From NCBI GenBank assembly GCA_002269645.1, contig NIVC01001320.1:1-52848 (forward strand): DNA of 52,848 nt, written 5' to 3'. The notes under the pieces are model-generated. The model saw nothing but the letters and a program-made list of their open reading frames with translations, was not told the origin of the DNA and made no database searches. This document shows, piece after piece, positions 1 to 11,182 of this stretch. Each line of letters begins with the position of its first letter. Position 1 is the first letter of the stretch. The stretch comes from Macrostomum lignano (Eukaryota). The position numbers and the translations under genes are program-made.

Positions 1-1075
1 CAAAAATTTACATGTATATGCCATCCTGACTACCTGCCGATCGCGTCACTGCTCAATTGGATGCATCGTGTAAGCAAATGTAGAGACACCATTCATTCTC
101 AAACCAAACATTAAGTCGCTCAGGCTCTGCTTAAGGCTGCTACAGAGCTTGACTGCAAATGCTCTTTAGAGTTTGAACCACAGGTATATAGAGCAGCTCC
201 TATAACCATCACAAACTCTTTTAGCCCAGTTAAGATGCAGTCAACCTACTCTCAATGAGGGCTGCTTCATAAATTCCAATTATACATACAGGTTTGACCT
301 GCTTATACCTGTACTATATCTGTTTACTGACTGTATTTTATGGTCTGTTTAGAGGCTGTATTGTCTGTTTAGAGGCTGTATTTTATGGTCTGTTTAGAGG
401 CTGTATTGTCTGTTTACTGACTGTACTTTATGGTCTGTTTAGAGGCTGTATTGTCTGTTAAGAGGCTGTATTTTATGGTCTGTTTAGAGGCTGTATTGCC
501 TATTTAGAGACTGTATTGCCTGTTTAGAGACTGTATTGTCTATTTAGAGACTGTATTGCCTGTTTAGAGACTGTATTGTCTGTTTAGAGACTGAATTGTC
601 TGTTTAAAGGCTGTATTGTCTGTTTAGAGGCTGTATTGCCTGTTTAGAGACTGTATTGTCTGTTTAGAGACTGTATTGCCTATTTAGAGACTGTATTGCC
701 TGTTTAGAGACTGTATTGTCTATTTAGAGACTGTATTGCCTGTTTAGAGACTGTATTGTCTGTTTAGAGACTGAATTGTCTGTTTAAAGGCTGTATTGTC
801 TGTTTAAAGGCTGTATTGTCTGTTTAGAGGCCGTATTGTCTATTTAGAGGCTGCATTGTCTATTTAGAGGCTGCATTCTCTGTTTAGAGGCTGCATTGTC
901 TATTTAGAGGCTGAATTCTCTGTTTAGAGGCTGTATTGTCTGTTTAGAGGCTGTATTGTCTGTTTAGAGGCTGTATTGTCTATTTAGAGGCTGCATTGTC
1001 TGCTTAGAGGCTTTATTGTCTGTTTAGAGACTGCATTTTCTGTTTAGAGGCTGTATTTTCCTGTTTAGGGACTGC
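1..1075. repeat. Duplicated segment, copy 1: ~330 bp non-repetitive block followed by a 20-bp minisatellite (CTGTATTGTCTGTTTAGAGR)
   Basis: 1-~330 aligns nearly base for base with ~6490-6830, apart from small indels. The 20-bp array runs ~340-1075 and contains an internal 180-bp re-duplication (491-600 = 671-780). Confidence 0.9.
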
Positions 1076-1199
1076 ATCATTTTCTGTTAGACGACTGTAT
1101 TTATTGTGTAATGTCTACTTTAAGTACTGTTATATTTATGTCCCTATGAGTATAAGGAGGAACTTATGAAACATTCCTCGTAAATAGGATTTACTCAAT

Positions 1200-2687
1200 G
1201 TACTCTCTCAGGGCTATCAGTTCATTGAGACTCTACGCGACTTTGATTTCACTCTCAGCCATCAGACGCTCGGGTCAAAAAAGTGGCACGCGCCAACTGT
1301 GGCAACTCACTGATACGAAGTGCTGTTCTGTACGCTGTGATCATCGAACGGCATTCTGCTCGACTCATCCTGACCGTCGACACCTCCACTGCGGTGAAAC
1401 TGACTCCGGTCATCACCGTCGACACTCGTCTGTATCGAATCTGCGAGAACGAAAAATGTATAAAGATATAAAATATGTGTAATAAGAAAGCCATATTAAG
1501 CAACTAAATTTGTAGAAAATCACTCACCTTTTTGCCATTTCCAAAGTCCCTCACAATTTCCTTCGAGTGCAGGCTCTCGAATGGTGGTCACACTTTCGTC
1601 TCCAATCTTATCAGCACCAAGTCCTGGAGTAGGCACTGGAGCGGGCACAGGTTCAAATCGGGTATCGCCTTCCTTTGCATTCCTATACCAGTCAGCCAAG
1701 ACTCTGGCTTCACCATCGTCACTGTTGCATTTTACGTCAGAGTTCGAGCATCCCAACGTGACGGAGCCCGAATACTCCTGCACCTTTGCTCTTCTTATGG
1801 ACAAAACATCGCCGATGTTCCACCTGTCCACTTGAGCTGACGACGAACCCCAAAACGTGCAGCTTACAGAGCCGAAGGTTCGGTCAACCAAAGTCACTTT
1901 GGCTACGTTAACCTTCTTCCCAGCACGCGTTCGGACTTCTTCAGGCGGTTGCCTGGCGTCGATCACTCCCAGCACATCGACGATTCTGATAGTGAAAGGG
2001 AGCAGTACTTTTTTTAACTATTTACACACTAACTTAAGCATCACATTAGATTTCTAAAGTATTTGTACACTAACAGGAGCATCATGAAACTAATAACCCA
2101 GGCTTCGTACAGTGTTGCGATGATAAATATTTTCAAACACAAGACAAACTAACTGTCACCAAAAACACGATTACATGTACTTTCACTCCGCGATATTTGA
2201 GCACTAATACATGACGAAAACTACTAAATCAATTAGTCACTCACCTGTCCAATCCAGTCTGTTGCAGTTGATTAATGCTAGTGTAATTAATTACTGGATC
2301 TCGAGCAACCGGCACTTCGTTGCTTCTTTAGATGAAGCCCTTGGAATCCACGGAAACGGTCATCTCAAGTGGATTGTCCGTACACTTGTACTCTGGCTTG
2401 GCAGTCTTCACCATCCCGCCGGATATGCGAACGGCTTCAGCATCGTTGCATACTTCCCAGACAGCTTGCAGGTCCTTACCGAAGACGCTGACTCGCATCT
2501 CAGATGAGTCGTCCACCAAGATGAACGAAAACACTTGGCCCTGACCTTTGTTGTTATTATACGTGTGAACGTCTTTCAGGTTCGTCACAAGGCCAGTGAC
2601 AGGCGTAGGCATTTGACCAGCTGTCAGACCTGCAATCCCATCCTTCTTCGACTTCTTTTTCAAAGGTGACTGTGAATAAGAGGCCAT
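1200..2687 (-). pseudogene. RPA1/RPA70-like OB-fold gene (DBD-A and DBD-B, no N-terminal domain), intron-containing and disrupted; copy 1
   Basis: ATG at 2687. Exon 1 (2687-2245) encodes TYNNNKGQGQVFSFILVDDSSEMRVSVF...GMVKTAKPEYKCTDNPLEMT, matching RPA1 DBD-A, with an in-frame TAA at 2330-2328. GT-AG intron 2244-1986. Exon 2 (1985-~1527) encodes IVDVLGVI...VTLVDRTFGSVSCTFWG...LSIRRAKVQEYSG...EARVLADWY, matching DBD-B. A second donor (AAG|GTGAGT, ~1526) and acceptor (TTTTCGTTCTCGCAG, 1441) lead to a degenerate third exon. Confidence 0.8.
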
Positions 2688-3703
2688 TTTGCACAAAAAA
2701 TTATCCAACAGTCGAAAAAGGAACTGATAAAAAGTATCAATCAAACTTTTTCTAAGCAATGATAAGCTTTAACTTTAAGACAACAAAATAGGCTTAACAA
2801 ATCACAAAGTATATATGTTGAAATAAAAGTAGCCACGAAAAACACCACCTCCCCTCCAGCCCAGTACATTGTACTCAATTTTGCATTCATTTTTATTTTT
2901 ATTACACAATCTAATTGGCTGGACACACAACCCACCCCAATCACTCCCGTGCCCAGCATTAAAGCACACACTGCACCCTCTGCTGTACGTTAAGGTCTCC
3001 TCACTTTTCTCACCTAATCCTTTTGTTTGTTTGCTATCACGTTTTATGGTGACACAATTCTCACCGACTGACTCAGCAAGTGTAGGCAATACTTTAAGAG
3101 TTCGCGGTCGCATGTACTTCACTGCACAAACAAAACTTGTATGGCGCGGCTGACTGGTTCAGCCATTTTCGCACCTTCTAAGCCGGGAAAGAAAAACAGG
3201 CGACCCTCAAGTCAGGCTGCATGGCCACCAGTACGCTAGACAATTTGTAGACCAATCGCCGCTCTAAAGCCCCGACCTGCACACCCTCGCCTGTACAACC
3301 GACCAATAGGAAGCCTCAGACTTGTACAGAAAACCACCCTAAGGCTCAGCGAAGCGACGACGCACAACCCATAACCCCTATTTTATTCGCCCCTACACCT
3401 CAGTTTCAGTGCCTTTATAGTCTGATTCGTTTTTAGAGTCATAATAATAAAAAGATAAGATGCATATTACACAAATATTCGGCGGCGGTAGAAGGCGAGG
3501 CGGCAGCGGTAGGCGAGGCGGCTGGCAGCGCGGCAGCGGCCCACGCGGAAAGAGTAGTGAGTACCTTCCTAAGACACTGTAAATCTTCAGCTTTGAGTAC
3601 ATTCGAGTATAGTCCTAAATTTTATCTAATTGTAGCCTGTTACCGACTTTCATGCTACTCGTATTATTACTGATAAATTTTGCAAAAATTTCCCTTCTTT
3701 TAA

Positions 3704-5512
3704 TTGCCAGTCGTTTGTTTCTTCTGCGGAGGCCGCCACCGCGTAGCCAGCTGCAACCTGCTGGAAATGATTGGCAATTTGGAAGGAGTTGAAGTGAGCG
3801 GGTTTGCTGACGACCTGGCGGCCTGGACGTGTGACAAGGATAGCGAAAGAGCGGCGGAGAGAATTAAGGGGGTGATGGAACTCGTTGATGAATGGAGCAA
3901 AAAATGGCTGCTGCCGGTGGCGCCCAGCAAATGCACCTTGACGCTGTTCAGCATCAGTGGGAGAAAGAAAGTTCCTAGGGAGGTGATGGTTTGCCTAAGA
4001 GGTATGCAGCTGCGATGGGAAGCGAACCCCAAATTCTTGGGCATTACCTACGACAGTAGACTGAGCTTCACCAAGCACGTGCAGGAGATATGCAAGGCCG
4101 GCAAGGGACGCATTCAGATGATCAGAAAGCTGGCGGGCAGCGACTGGGGCTGGCATAGCAAACTCCTAAGGCAGACGTACACGGCGATGATTGAGGGAAA
4201 AATCCTGTACGGATCTACGGCCTGGATGCCGTGGCTCAGCGATAGGAGCTGGGCGAAGCTGGAAGTGCTGCAGAGGAGAGCGACGAGAGTTATTGGAGGG
4301 CTGCTAGCGACGACGCCGATCGAAGGGGTGAGAGAGGAGAGCGGAACCGAGGAACTGCGCGGTAAGGCCAGTGGGAGGGCGGTGCAGAGGCTGGACAAGC
4401 TGCTCAGATGTAAAGAGGGATCGATCAGGAGGAGGCTTGCGGAAGAAAAGGGAGCTGGCAGGCTCAACAGGAGGAGTTGGAACAGATGGGCGTGGAAGAT
4501 GCTGAAGGAATGGCATCTGGAGGTGGCAAGGTTTGAGGAAGAGGACCCGGAGAGGCCAGGTGTGGAATGGAGAGGCGTTTCGATCATTGCGGAAGGCAGA
4601 CGAACGGACGTTGAGGAGGAATGTAAAGCGATGGGTATGGAACGCATCAAGGAAGCTAGCGAAGGGGCGGATGCAGTTATCTTCACGGATGGATCGGTTA
4701 ACAGCAAGGGAGCCGGAGGCGGCGGTATGGTGGTGCTGAGTGGCGACTTGGAGCAGACGTTAGCATCCAAAAAGATCGCAGGAGGAAGAGTCGCGTCGTC
4801 GACACAAGCGGAGCTGTATGCAATCTGGGAAGCGACTAGATGGCTTGCTGCTGAGCAAGACAACTGGAGTAAAGCGGTGGTGTGCACAGACAGTAAGAGC
4901 GGCCTCCAAACCATCAACAGGCAGGGAAAGAATCCGCTGGCCAGGCTTATTAGGTCGGAGCTCGGTAAGCTGGACCAGAATGAAAAGCGGGTGACTTTGC
5001 TCTGGATCCCCAGCCACTGCGGGATCAGAGGGAATGAGGAGGCAGATAAGGTGGCGGGAGAGGCGGTTAACGAGTTGAGGCAAGACGAAGTGAAGGTGCT
5101 AGGCAGCACGGTCGCGAAGAGGGCGAGGCGGATCGGGAGACAGATTTGTGAGTGGAGGCATGAGAGAATGAGGAGGGTGTATGCAAGCACGAAAGGCAGG
5201 AAGAGAGACCCGGGGTTCAACTGCAGAGAGGATGAGGTGAGCTACAGAAGAATGCGCACGGGACACTCGATTGAGCTGGCTGCCTACAGGAGAAGAATTG
5301 GACTGCAAGAGGAAGGACGGTGCAGGGGTTGCGGCATGGAAGATGAGACGATGGAGCACATCTGGGACTGCCCGGCGACGGATGGCAGAAGGAGGATGTG
5401 GTGCTGTGAAGGCATGCAGGCGGTTTGCGAGCAACCGGAGGAAGCCCGGAGTTACTGGGAATGGTGGAGAAGCCTCCCGCAGTGGGGAGCCAGTGTTGAG
5501 GACGAAAACTGA
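3704..5512 (+). CDS. C-terminal part of a non-LTR retrotransposon ORF: RT C-terminus, RNase H and CCHC-type zinc motif
   Basis: RT motif FADD and FLGITYDSRLSFTKHV. RNase H motifs IFTDGS, TQAELYAI, VCTDSKS and LWIPSHCGIRGNEEAD. C-terminal RMRTGH...CRGC...ETMEHIWDC. The frame is open for 602 codons; the N-terminal RT and endonuclease are absent. Confidence 0.9.
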   Translation: MPVVCFFCGGRHRVASCNLLEMIGNLEGVEVSGFADDLAAWTCDKDSERAAERIKGVMELVDEWSKKWLLPVAPSKCTLTLFSISGRKKVPREVMVCLRGMQLRWEANPKFLGITYDSRLSFTKHVQEICKAGKGRIQMIRKLAGSDWGWHSKLLRQTYTAMIEGKILYGSTAWMPWLSDRSWAKLEVLQRRATRVIGGLLATTPIEGVREESGTEELRGKASGRAVQRLDKLLRCKEGSIRRRLAEEKGAGRLNRRSWNRWAWKMLKEWHLEVARFEEEDPERPGVEWRGVSIIAEGRRTDVEEECKAMGMERIKEASEGADAVIFTDGSVNSKGAGGGGMVVLSGDLEQTLASKKIAGGRVASSTQAELYAIWEATRWLAAEQDNWSKAVVCTDSKSGLQTINRQGKNPLARLIRSELGKLDQNEKRVTLLWIPSHCGIRGNEEADKVAGEAVNELRQDEVKVLGSTVAKRARRIGRQICEWRHERMRRVYASTKGRKRDPGFNCREDEVSYRRMRTGHSIELAAYRRRIGLQEEGRCRGCGMEDETMEHIWDCPATDGRRRMWCCEGMQAVCEQPEEARSYWEWWRSLPQWGASVEDEN

Positions 5513-5552
5513 CAGGACGGAGTAGCAGAGTAGTTGGCATCAACAACAACAA

Positions 5553-5562
<10 letters not shown>
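3750..5562 (+). mobile_element. 5'-truncated LINE of the I group, probably Ingi-like
   Basis: RT-RNaseH-CCHC architecture, a ~30-bp 3' UTR and a (CAA)n tail at 5541-5562. The 5' boundary is approximate and no TSD was found. Confidence 0.75.
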
Positions 5563-5584
<22 letters not shown>

Positions 5585-5846
5585 GCAGCAGCAGCAGCCG
5601 CAGCAGCCGCAGCAACAGCAGCAGCATCAGCAGCCGCAGCAACAGCAGCAGCAGCAGCCGCAGCAGCAGCAACAGCAGCCGCAGCAACAGCAGCAGCAGC
5701 AGCCGCAGCAGCAGCAACAGCAGCCGCAGCAGCAGCAGCAACAGCAGCCGCAGCAACAGCAGCAGCAGCAGCCGCAGCAGCAGCAACAGCAGCAGCAGCA
5801 GCCGCAGCAGCAGCAACAGCAGCCGCAGCAACAGCAGCCGCAGCCA
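5541..5846. repeat. Compound trinucleotide microsatellite (CAA)n then (CAG/GCC/CAA)n
   Basis: Read directly from the sequence: ~100 triplets starting immediately after the LINE 3' UTR. Confidence 0.95.
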
Positions 5847-6489
5847 ATGAATTTCCAATGAATATTTATTTTAATATATATAAATAAACTATATCTTAGT
5901 AAACTATATTACTTTTTTGACTTTTGATTAAAATCCGCGATAGACTTATTTATTTTTTTGGACTTTTGAAACAATGGCGCACCAGTACAAAGTTTTGTGA
6001 ACAGAATATTCTAATGCCATGAAATATTCAAAGTATAATTCATTCTCACCATAGCATGTCATGACAAAGAATGACCGTACATACACACTTACCATTTCAT
6101 ACTGGCTTACTTTGAAAGTAGAACAATACGAAACTGCATGAATGAATTCGCCGAACTATTAAACATTTATAAGTTTTACGATTATTATACACAGTACAAA
6201 AAACTGTTTTATCCATTTTTAACTGCTATAACTAACAAAGAAGCAAACGGCAAATTAAATTTTAAACTATTAACAACCACAAATTGAAGTTTAAAAATTG
6301 AAACAAAAGTTAAACAAACACTTGTATTTATTCCAACGATATATGTATGATCTGCTTCTGACTACTAACGCTGAGCAAGTTTAATATTTCGTACAGATAT
6401 TGAAAAATGTAATAATTTATTACAAAAGGATCGACTGTCGCTTCAGCAGATGATGCCATCGACAAGCAGCCAGTATAGCTTTAGCGGTA

Positions 6490-7165
6490 CAAAAATGCAC
6501 ATGTATATGCCATCCTGACTACCTGCCGACTCGCGTCATTGCTCAATTGCATGCATTCGGTGTAAGCAAATGTAGAGACATTCATTCTCAAACCAAACAT
6601 TAAGTCGCTCCGCTCTGCTTAAGGCTGCTACAGAGCTTGACTGCAAATGCTCCTTTTAGAGTTTGGAACCACAGGGTATATAGAGCAGCTCCTATACACC
6701 ATTCACAAACTCTTTTAGCCCAGTTAAAATGCAGTCAACCTACTCTCAATGAGGGCTGCTTCATAAATTCCAATTATACATACAGGTTTGACCTGCTTAT
6801 ACCTGTACTATATCTGTTTACTGACTGTATTTTATGGTCTGTTTAGAGGCTGTATTGTCTGTTTAGAGGCTGTATTGTCTGTTTAGAGACTTTATTGTCT
6901 GTTTACTGACTGTATTTTATGGTCTGTTTAGAGGCTGTATTGTCTGTTTAACTGACTGTATTTTATGGTCTGTTTAGAGACTGTATTGTCTGTTTACTGA
7001 CTGTATTTTATGGTCTGTTTAGAGGCTGTATTGTCTGTTTACTGACTGTATTTTATGGTCTGTTTAGAGGCTGTATTGTCTGTTTACTGACTGTATTTTA
7101 TGGTCTGTTTAAAGGCTGTATTGTCTGTTTACTGACTGTATTTTATGGTCTGTTTAGAGGCTGTA
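6490..7165. repeat. Duplicated segment, copy 2, with the same 20-bp minisatellite
   Basis: Direct repeat of 1-~480. The array here has a ~42-bp dimeric unit (CTGTATTTTATGGTCTGTTTAGAGG alternating with CTGTATTGTCTGTTTACTGA). Confidence 0.9.
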
Positions 7166-7244
7166 TCTAGCTGCCAATGGGGTACACAGAGCTCTGAAAT
7201 CACAAACACAAAAAAATCACAATGACAAAAATTATTGATTGAAA

Positions 7245-7680
7245 ATTGATTTTTACATGACGCTTCTATGATTTTTACCTGACGCTTCTATGATTGTTTA
7301 CATGACGCTTCTATGATTTTTTACATGACGCTTCTATGATTTTTTACATGACGCTTCTATGATTTTTACATGACGCTTCTATGATTTTTACATGATGCTT
7401 CTGATTTTTACATGACGCTTCTACGATTTTTTACATGACGCTTCTATGATTGTTTACATGACACTTTTACGATTGTTTACATGACGCTTCTATGATTTTT
7501 CATGACGCTTTTATGATTTTTACATGACACTTCTATGATTGTTTACATGACGCTTCTATGATTGTTTACATGACGCTTCTATGATTTTTTACATGACGCT
7601 TTTACGATTGTTTACATGACGCTTCTATGATTTTTCATGACGCTTCTATGATTTTTACATGACGCTTCTATGATTGTTTA
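7245..7680. repeat. ~23-bp minisatellite (TTTTTACATGACGCTTCTATGA)
   Basis: About 18 tandem units visible. Confidence 0.9.
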
Positions 7681-7785
7681 TACCTGTACTATACTATACT
7701 CTATACTATACTCTATACTATGACACCTTTAGTCCTTTAATTAGTCCTTTAATAAAAGCTTTCAATAAAAAAACATTTCTCTACT

Positions 7786-7845
7786 AAGATTCGAACCCAG
7801 GTCGCGACATTGGCAGTCCAGTCTGTTCACATCTAGGCTAGCTCT
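7786..7845 (-). mobile_element. tRNA-derived (SINE-like) head, copy A
   Basis: The minus strand has A-box-like TAGCCTAGATG, anticodon-like loop CTGCCAA and B box GGTTCGAATC. The acceptor and T stems do not pair, so this is not a functional tRNA. Confidence 0.55.
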
Positions 7846-8078
7846 TATCGAATTTATAAATGAAATTGTAGCACCTATATAATTCAACACTCACTCACGA
7901 AGCAGTTATGACATAATCAATTTCCCAGGCAAGTCAGTATCAGTCTCAATTAAATTAAAGTTGACTAATCAAGTCTGGTGCTACGCAATCTAAATCAAGT
8001 CCGGTGCTACGCTTCCACACTGCATTTTAAATACTGTGACGCAATTCAAGTCGGAGATACAATTCAGTAATGATGCAA

Positions 8079-8362
8079 TCTATTTCAGAATCAGAATTCA
8101 ACCAGTCAATTTTTTTCTCTTAGCATTCTTATGCATTTCAAGTCGAAAATTTTGCTTGACCTTTGCAAAAAAGCATGTTTTTCGAATATTTAATGCCTTC
8201 AGCATCGAGCAATTTCTTAGCCAAGACACATGTACCGTCACGGGAAAATTTTTGATTGAACAGTGCAAGTTCGAACGAAATCGGTCCAGCCATTTTTTCT
8301 CTAATCGATTGCGTACACACAAACAAACAAGCAAGATTTTTATTTTTAGTATATTGGACTAG
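8079..8362 (+). mobile_element. DINE-1/Lep1-like non-autonomous rolling-circle-type element, copy 1
   Basis: 5' TCTAT, internal TTTTTCGAATATTTAA and AAATCGGTCCAGCC blocks, an (ACAA)n microsatellite, then TTTTTAGTATATTGGACTAG. Homologues lie at ~11840-12125, 15922-16224 and ~19190-19400. The classification rests on layout only. Confidence 0.45.
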
Positions 8363-10910
8363 CCAATTCCAACCCCCGTTGGGGCTTTCCGTCCAAACTC
8401 CAATCACAGTTTTCCCACGCAATAAAATTTCACCCCACTGAATCCCACATCCAAAGAATCCCTCATCCAAAAAATCCCCCATCTATGAAATCTCTGATGC
8501 AAAGAATCTCACATGCAAAGAATTCACTATCCAAAGAATCCGCCATCTAAAGAACCTCCATCGATAGAATCCACTCAATTCCCAACTCCACACAATCCAC
8601 CAATTCCCCACTAAAGGAATCCTTCTATCTGAAGAATTCCCCATCCAATGAATCGCCCATCCATAGAATCTCACATGCAAAGAATCCTATATCCAAAGAA
8701 TCCTCCATTCAAAGAACCCCCCATTGATAGAATCCTGATTCGAAGAATCCCCATCCAATGAATTTCCTATCCAAGGAATCCGCCATACACAGAATCCCCA
8801 TCCAAAGAATCTCAAATCCATCCCTATCCAAAGAATCCCCATCTAAATAATCGACATCCAAATAATCCCCATCCACAAAATCCCCATCTAAATAATCCAA
8901 AGATTCTGAAATCTAAATCATCCCTTATCTAAAAAATCATTGACAAAATAATCCCCTCATCTAAAGAACCCCCGTCCAAATAATCCCAATCCAAAGAATC
9001 CAAAGAATCCCCCTCCAGAAAACCCCCCTCTAAAGAATCCACATCCAAATAATCCCCATTAACATAAACCCCATCCAAAGAATCCAAAGAACCCCCTATC
9101 CAAAGAATCCAAAGAATCTCCCATCCAAATAGAATCCTTGGCCAAAGAATCCCCTCATCTACAGAACACCCATCGAAATAACCCCCATCTAAAGAATCCC
9201 CTCATGCAAATAATCTCCGTCCAAACAATCCAAATCCAATCCAATCCAAAAGATCCCTTTATCGGAAGAACCCTACATCGAAAGAATCCCCCATCGAAAG
9301 AAGTTCCCAATGAATCATTCTTACCAAGCCTTGAAATCTCAGTAATTCCCCTCCCCAAGACTTGACATCTCAAAAATTACCCTTAAGCCTTGACATCTCA
9401 GTAATTACCCCCCCCCCCCTAAGACTTGACATCTTAGCAATTTCTCCCCGTCTCAAGTCTTGACATCTCAGAAATTCCCCCCACGCCTTGACATCTCAGA
9501 AATTCCCCCAGTAAGCCTTTATATCTCAGTAATTTCCGAAGTAAGTCTTGCCATCTCAGCAATTCCCCTCTGTAAGACTTGACATCTAAGGAATTTCCCA
9601 TTAAGCAATGACATCTCAGTAATTCACCCAGTAAGTCTTTATATCTCAGTAATTCCCCCTAGTAAATCTTGACATCTTAGCAATTTCTCCTAGTCAAAAG
9701 CGTTGACATCTCAGCAATTCCCCCCCCCCCTAAGACTTGACCTCCACAGAATCTCCGTTCAAAGAATCCCTCATCCAAAGAACCCCCATCCATCCCTATC
9801 CAAAGAACCCCAGATCCATCCCTATCCAAAGAACCCCCATCCATCCCTATCCAAAGAATCCCCCATCCACCCCTATCCAAAGAATCCCCCTCTTAAGAAT
9901 CTCCCATTCAAATAATCCCCCATCAAAAGAATCATTGGCCAAAGAATCCCCTCATCTAAAGAACCACCGTCGAAATACTCCCCATCCAAAGAATCCCCTC
10001 ATAAAGAATCCCCCCCCCAAATAATCTCATATCCAAAGGATCACTCTATAGAAAGAAGCCTTCAGCTAAAGAATCCCCCATTCAAAGAACCCTTCATCGA
10101 TTTAGTAATCCCCCAACGAAGGAATTCCCCAATGAATCACTATCCAAAGATATATATTAGAAGCACCCTCCCTCATTCAAAGAATCCCCAATCCATAGAA
10201 TTCCCCCCAAAGACATGACATCTCAGCAATTCGCCCTCAGGACTTGAAATCTCTGCAATTCCCTTCCCTAAGATTTTGACATCTCAGAAATTCCCCCAAG
10301 CCTTCACATCTCAGCAATTCCCCCCTTAGACTTGATATCTCACAGATTTCCCCCTTCTAAGACTTGACATCTCAGGAATTTCCCCACCAAGCATTGACAT
10401 CTCGGAAATTCCCCCAAGCCTTCACATCTCAGCAATTCGCCCTCAAGCCTTGGCATCTCAGTAATTCCCCCCCAAGCCTTGAAATCTCAGCAATTCCGTC
10501 TTACGTCTTGACATCTCGGCAAGTCCCTCTAAGCATTTGACATCTCAGCAATTCCCCCCCTAAGACTTGACATCTCAGGAATTTCCCCACCAAGCCTTGG
10601 TATCTCAGCAAGTCCCTGTTAAGCCTTGCCATCTCAGCAATTCCCTCCCCCTCTAAGCCTTGAAATCTCAGCAATTCCCTCCCCCCTCTAAGCCTTGACA
10701 TCTCAGCAATTCCCTCCCCCCTCTAAGCCTTGACATCTTAGCAATTCCCTCCCCCCTCTAAGACTTGACATCTCAGGAATTTCCCCACTAAGCCTTGACA
10801 TCTCAGTGATTCCCCCAGTTAGCAATCTCCCCGAGCAAGCATTCCCAAAAGCAAGCGTCCTTCCGATAGCAAGCATCCCCTGATAGAAAGTACCCCCAGC
10901 AAGATTGTGA
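8363..10910. repeat. Two-minisatellite module, copy A
   Basis: Begins CCAATTCCAACCCCCGTTGGGG. Type I (AAGAATCCCCATCCA-like) arrays at ~8400-9310 and 9740-10190. Type II (TTGACATCTCAGCAATTCCCCC-like, ~30 bp) arrays at 9330-9740 and 10210-10830. Ends with the block GAGCAAGC...CAGCAAGATT. Confidence 0.85.
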
Positions 10911-11120
10911 AACAATTTCGTCAGCTATTACAATAATTAATGTCTTATCTATTGGAATAGTCCTTTTTAAAACTTTTCAAAATTTAAAGTTGAATAAAAT
11001 TTTTGATTATACTATATGAACGCTCGTAGCTTCTTCTCTTTTACCTGATTTACTTGACATTTTTAAGATTCCTTTAGCTTTCTTGAAATTAATTTTTTTA
11101 ATAAAAAACTTCAACACTCT

Positions 11121-11182
11121 AAAAATTCGAACCCACGTCGCTGCATTAGCAGTTCAGTCTGTTTACCTCTAGGCTAGCTCTC
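11121..11182 (-). mobile_element. tRNA-derived (SINE-like) head, copy B
   Basis: Homologous to 7786-7845. Loop CTGCTAA, B box GGTTCGAATT. Confidence 0.55.

Noticed and set aside
1255-1503. MITAYRTALRISELPQL resembles tyrosine recombinase box I
   Set aside because: The homologous fragment at 21215-21320 reads VITARKSTSF there, no other recombinase motif follows, and the segment is spliced to the RPA-like gene.
2802-3122. ORF with CSVCFNAGH, like a zinc knuckle
   Set aside because: The fourth Cys is missing, there is no gag context and there is no supporting homology.
5217-5887. Poly-Ala, poly-Leu and poly-Gln ORFs
   Set aside because: These are translations of the triplet microsatellite, with no splice sites or flanking coding evidence.
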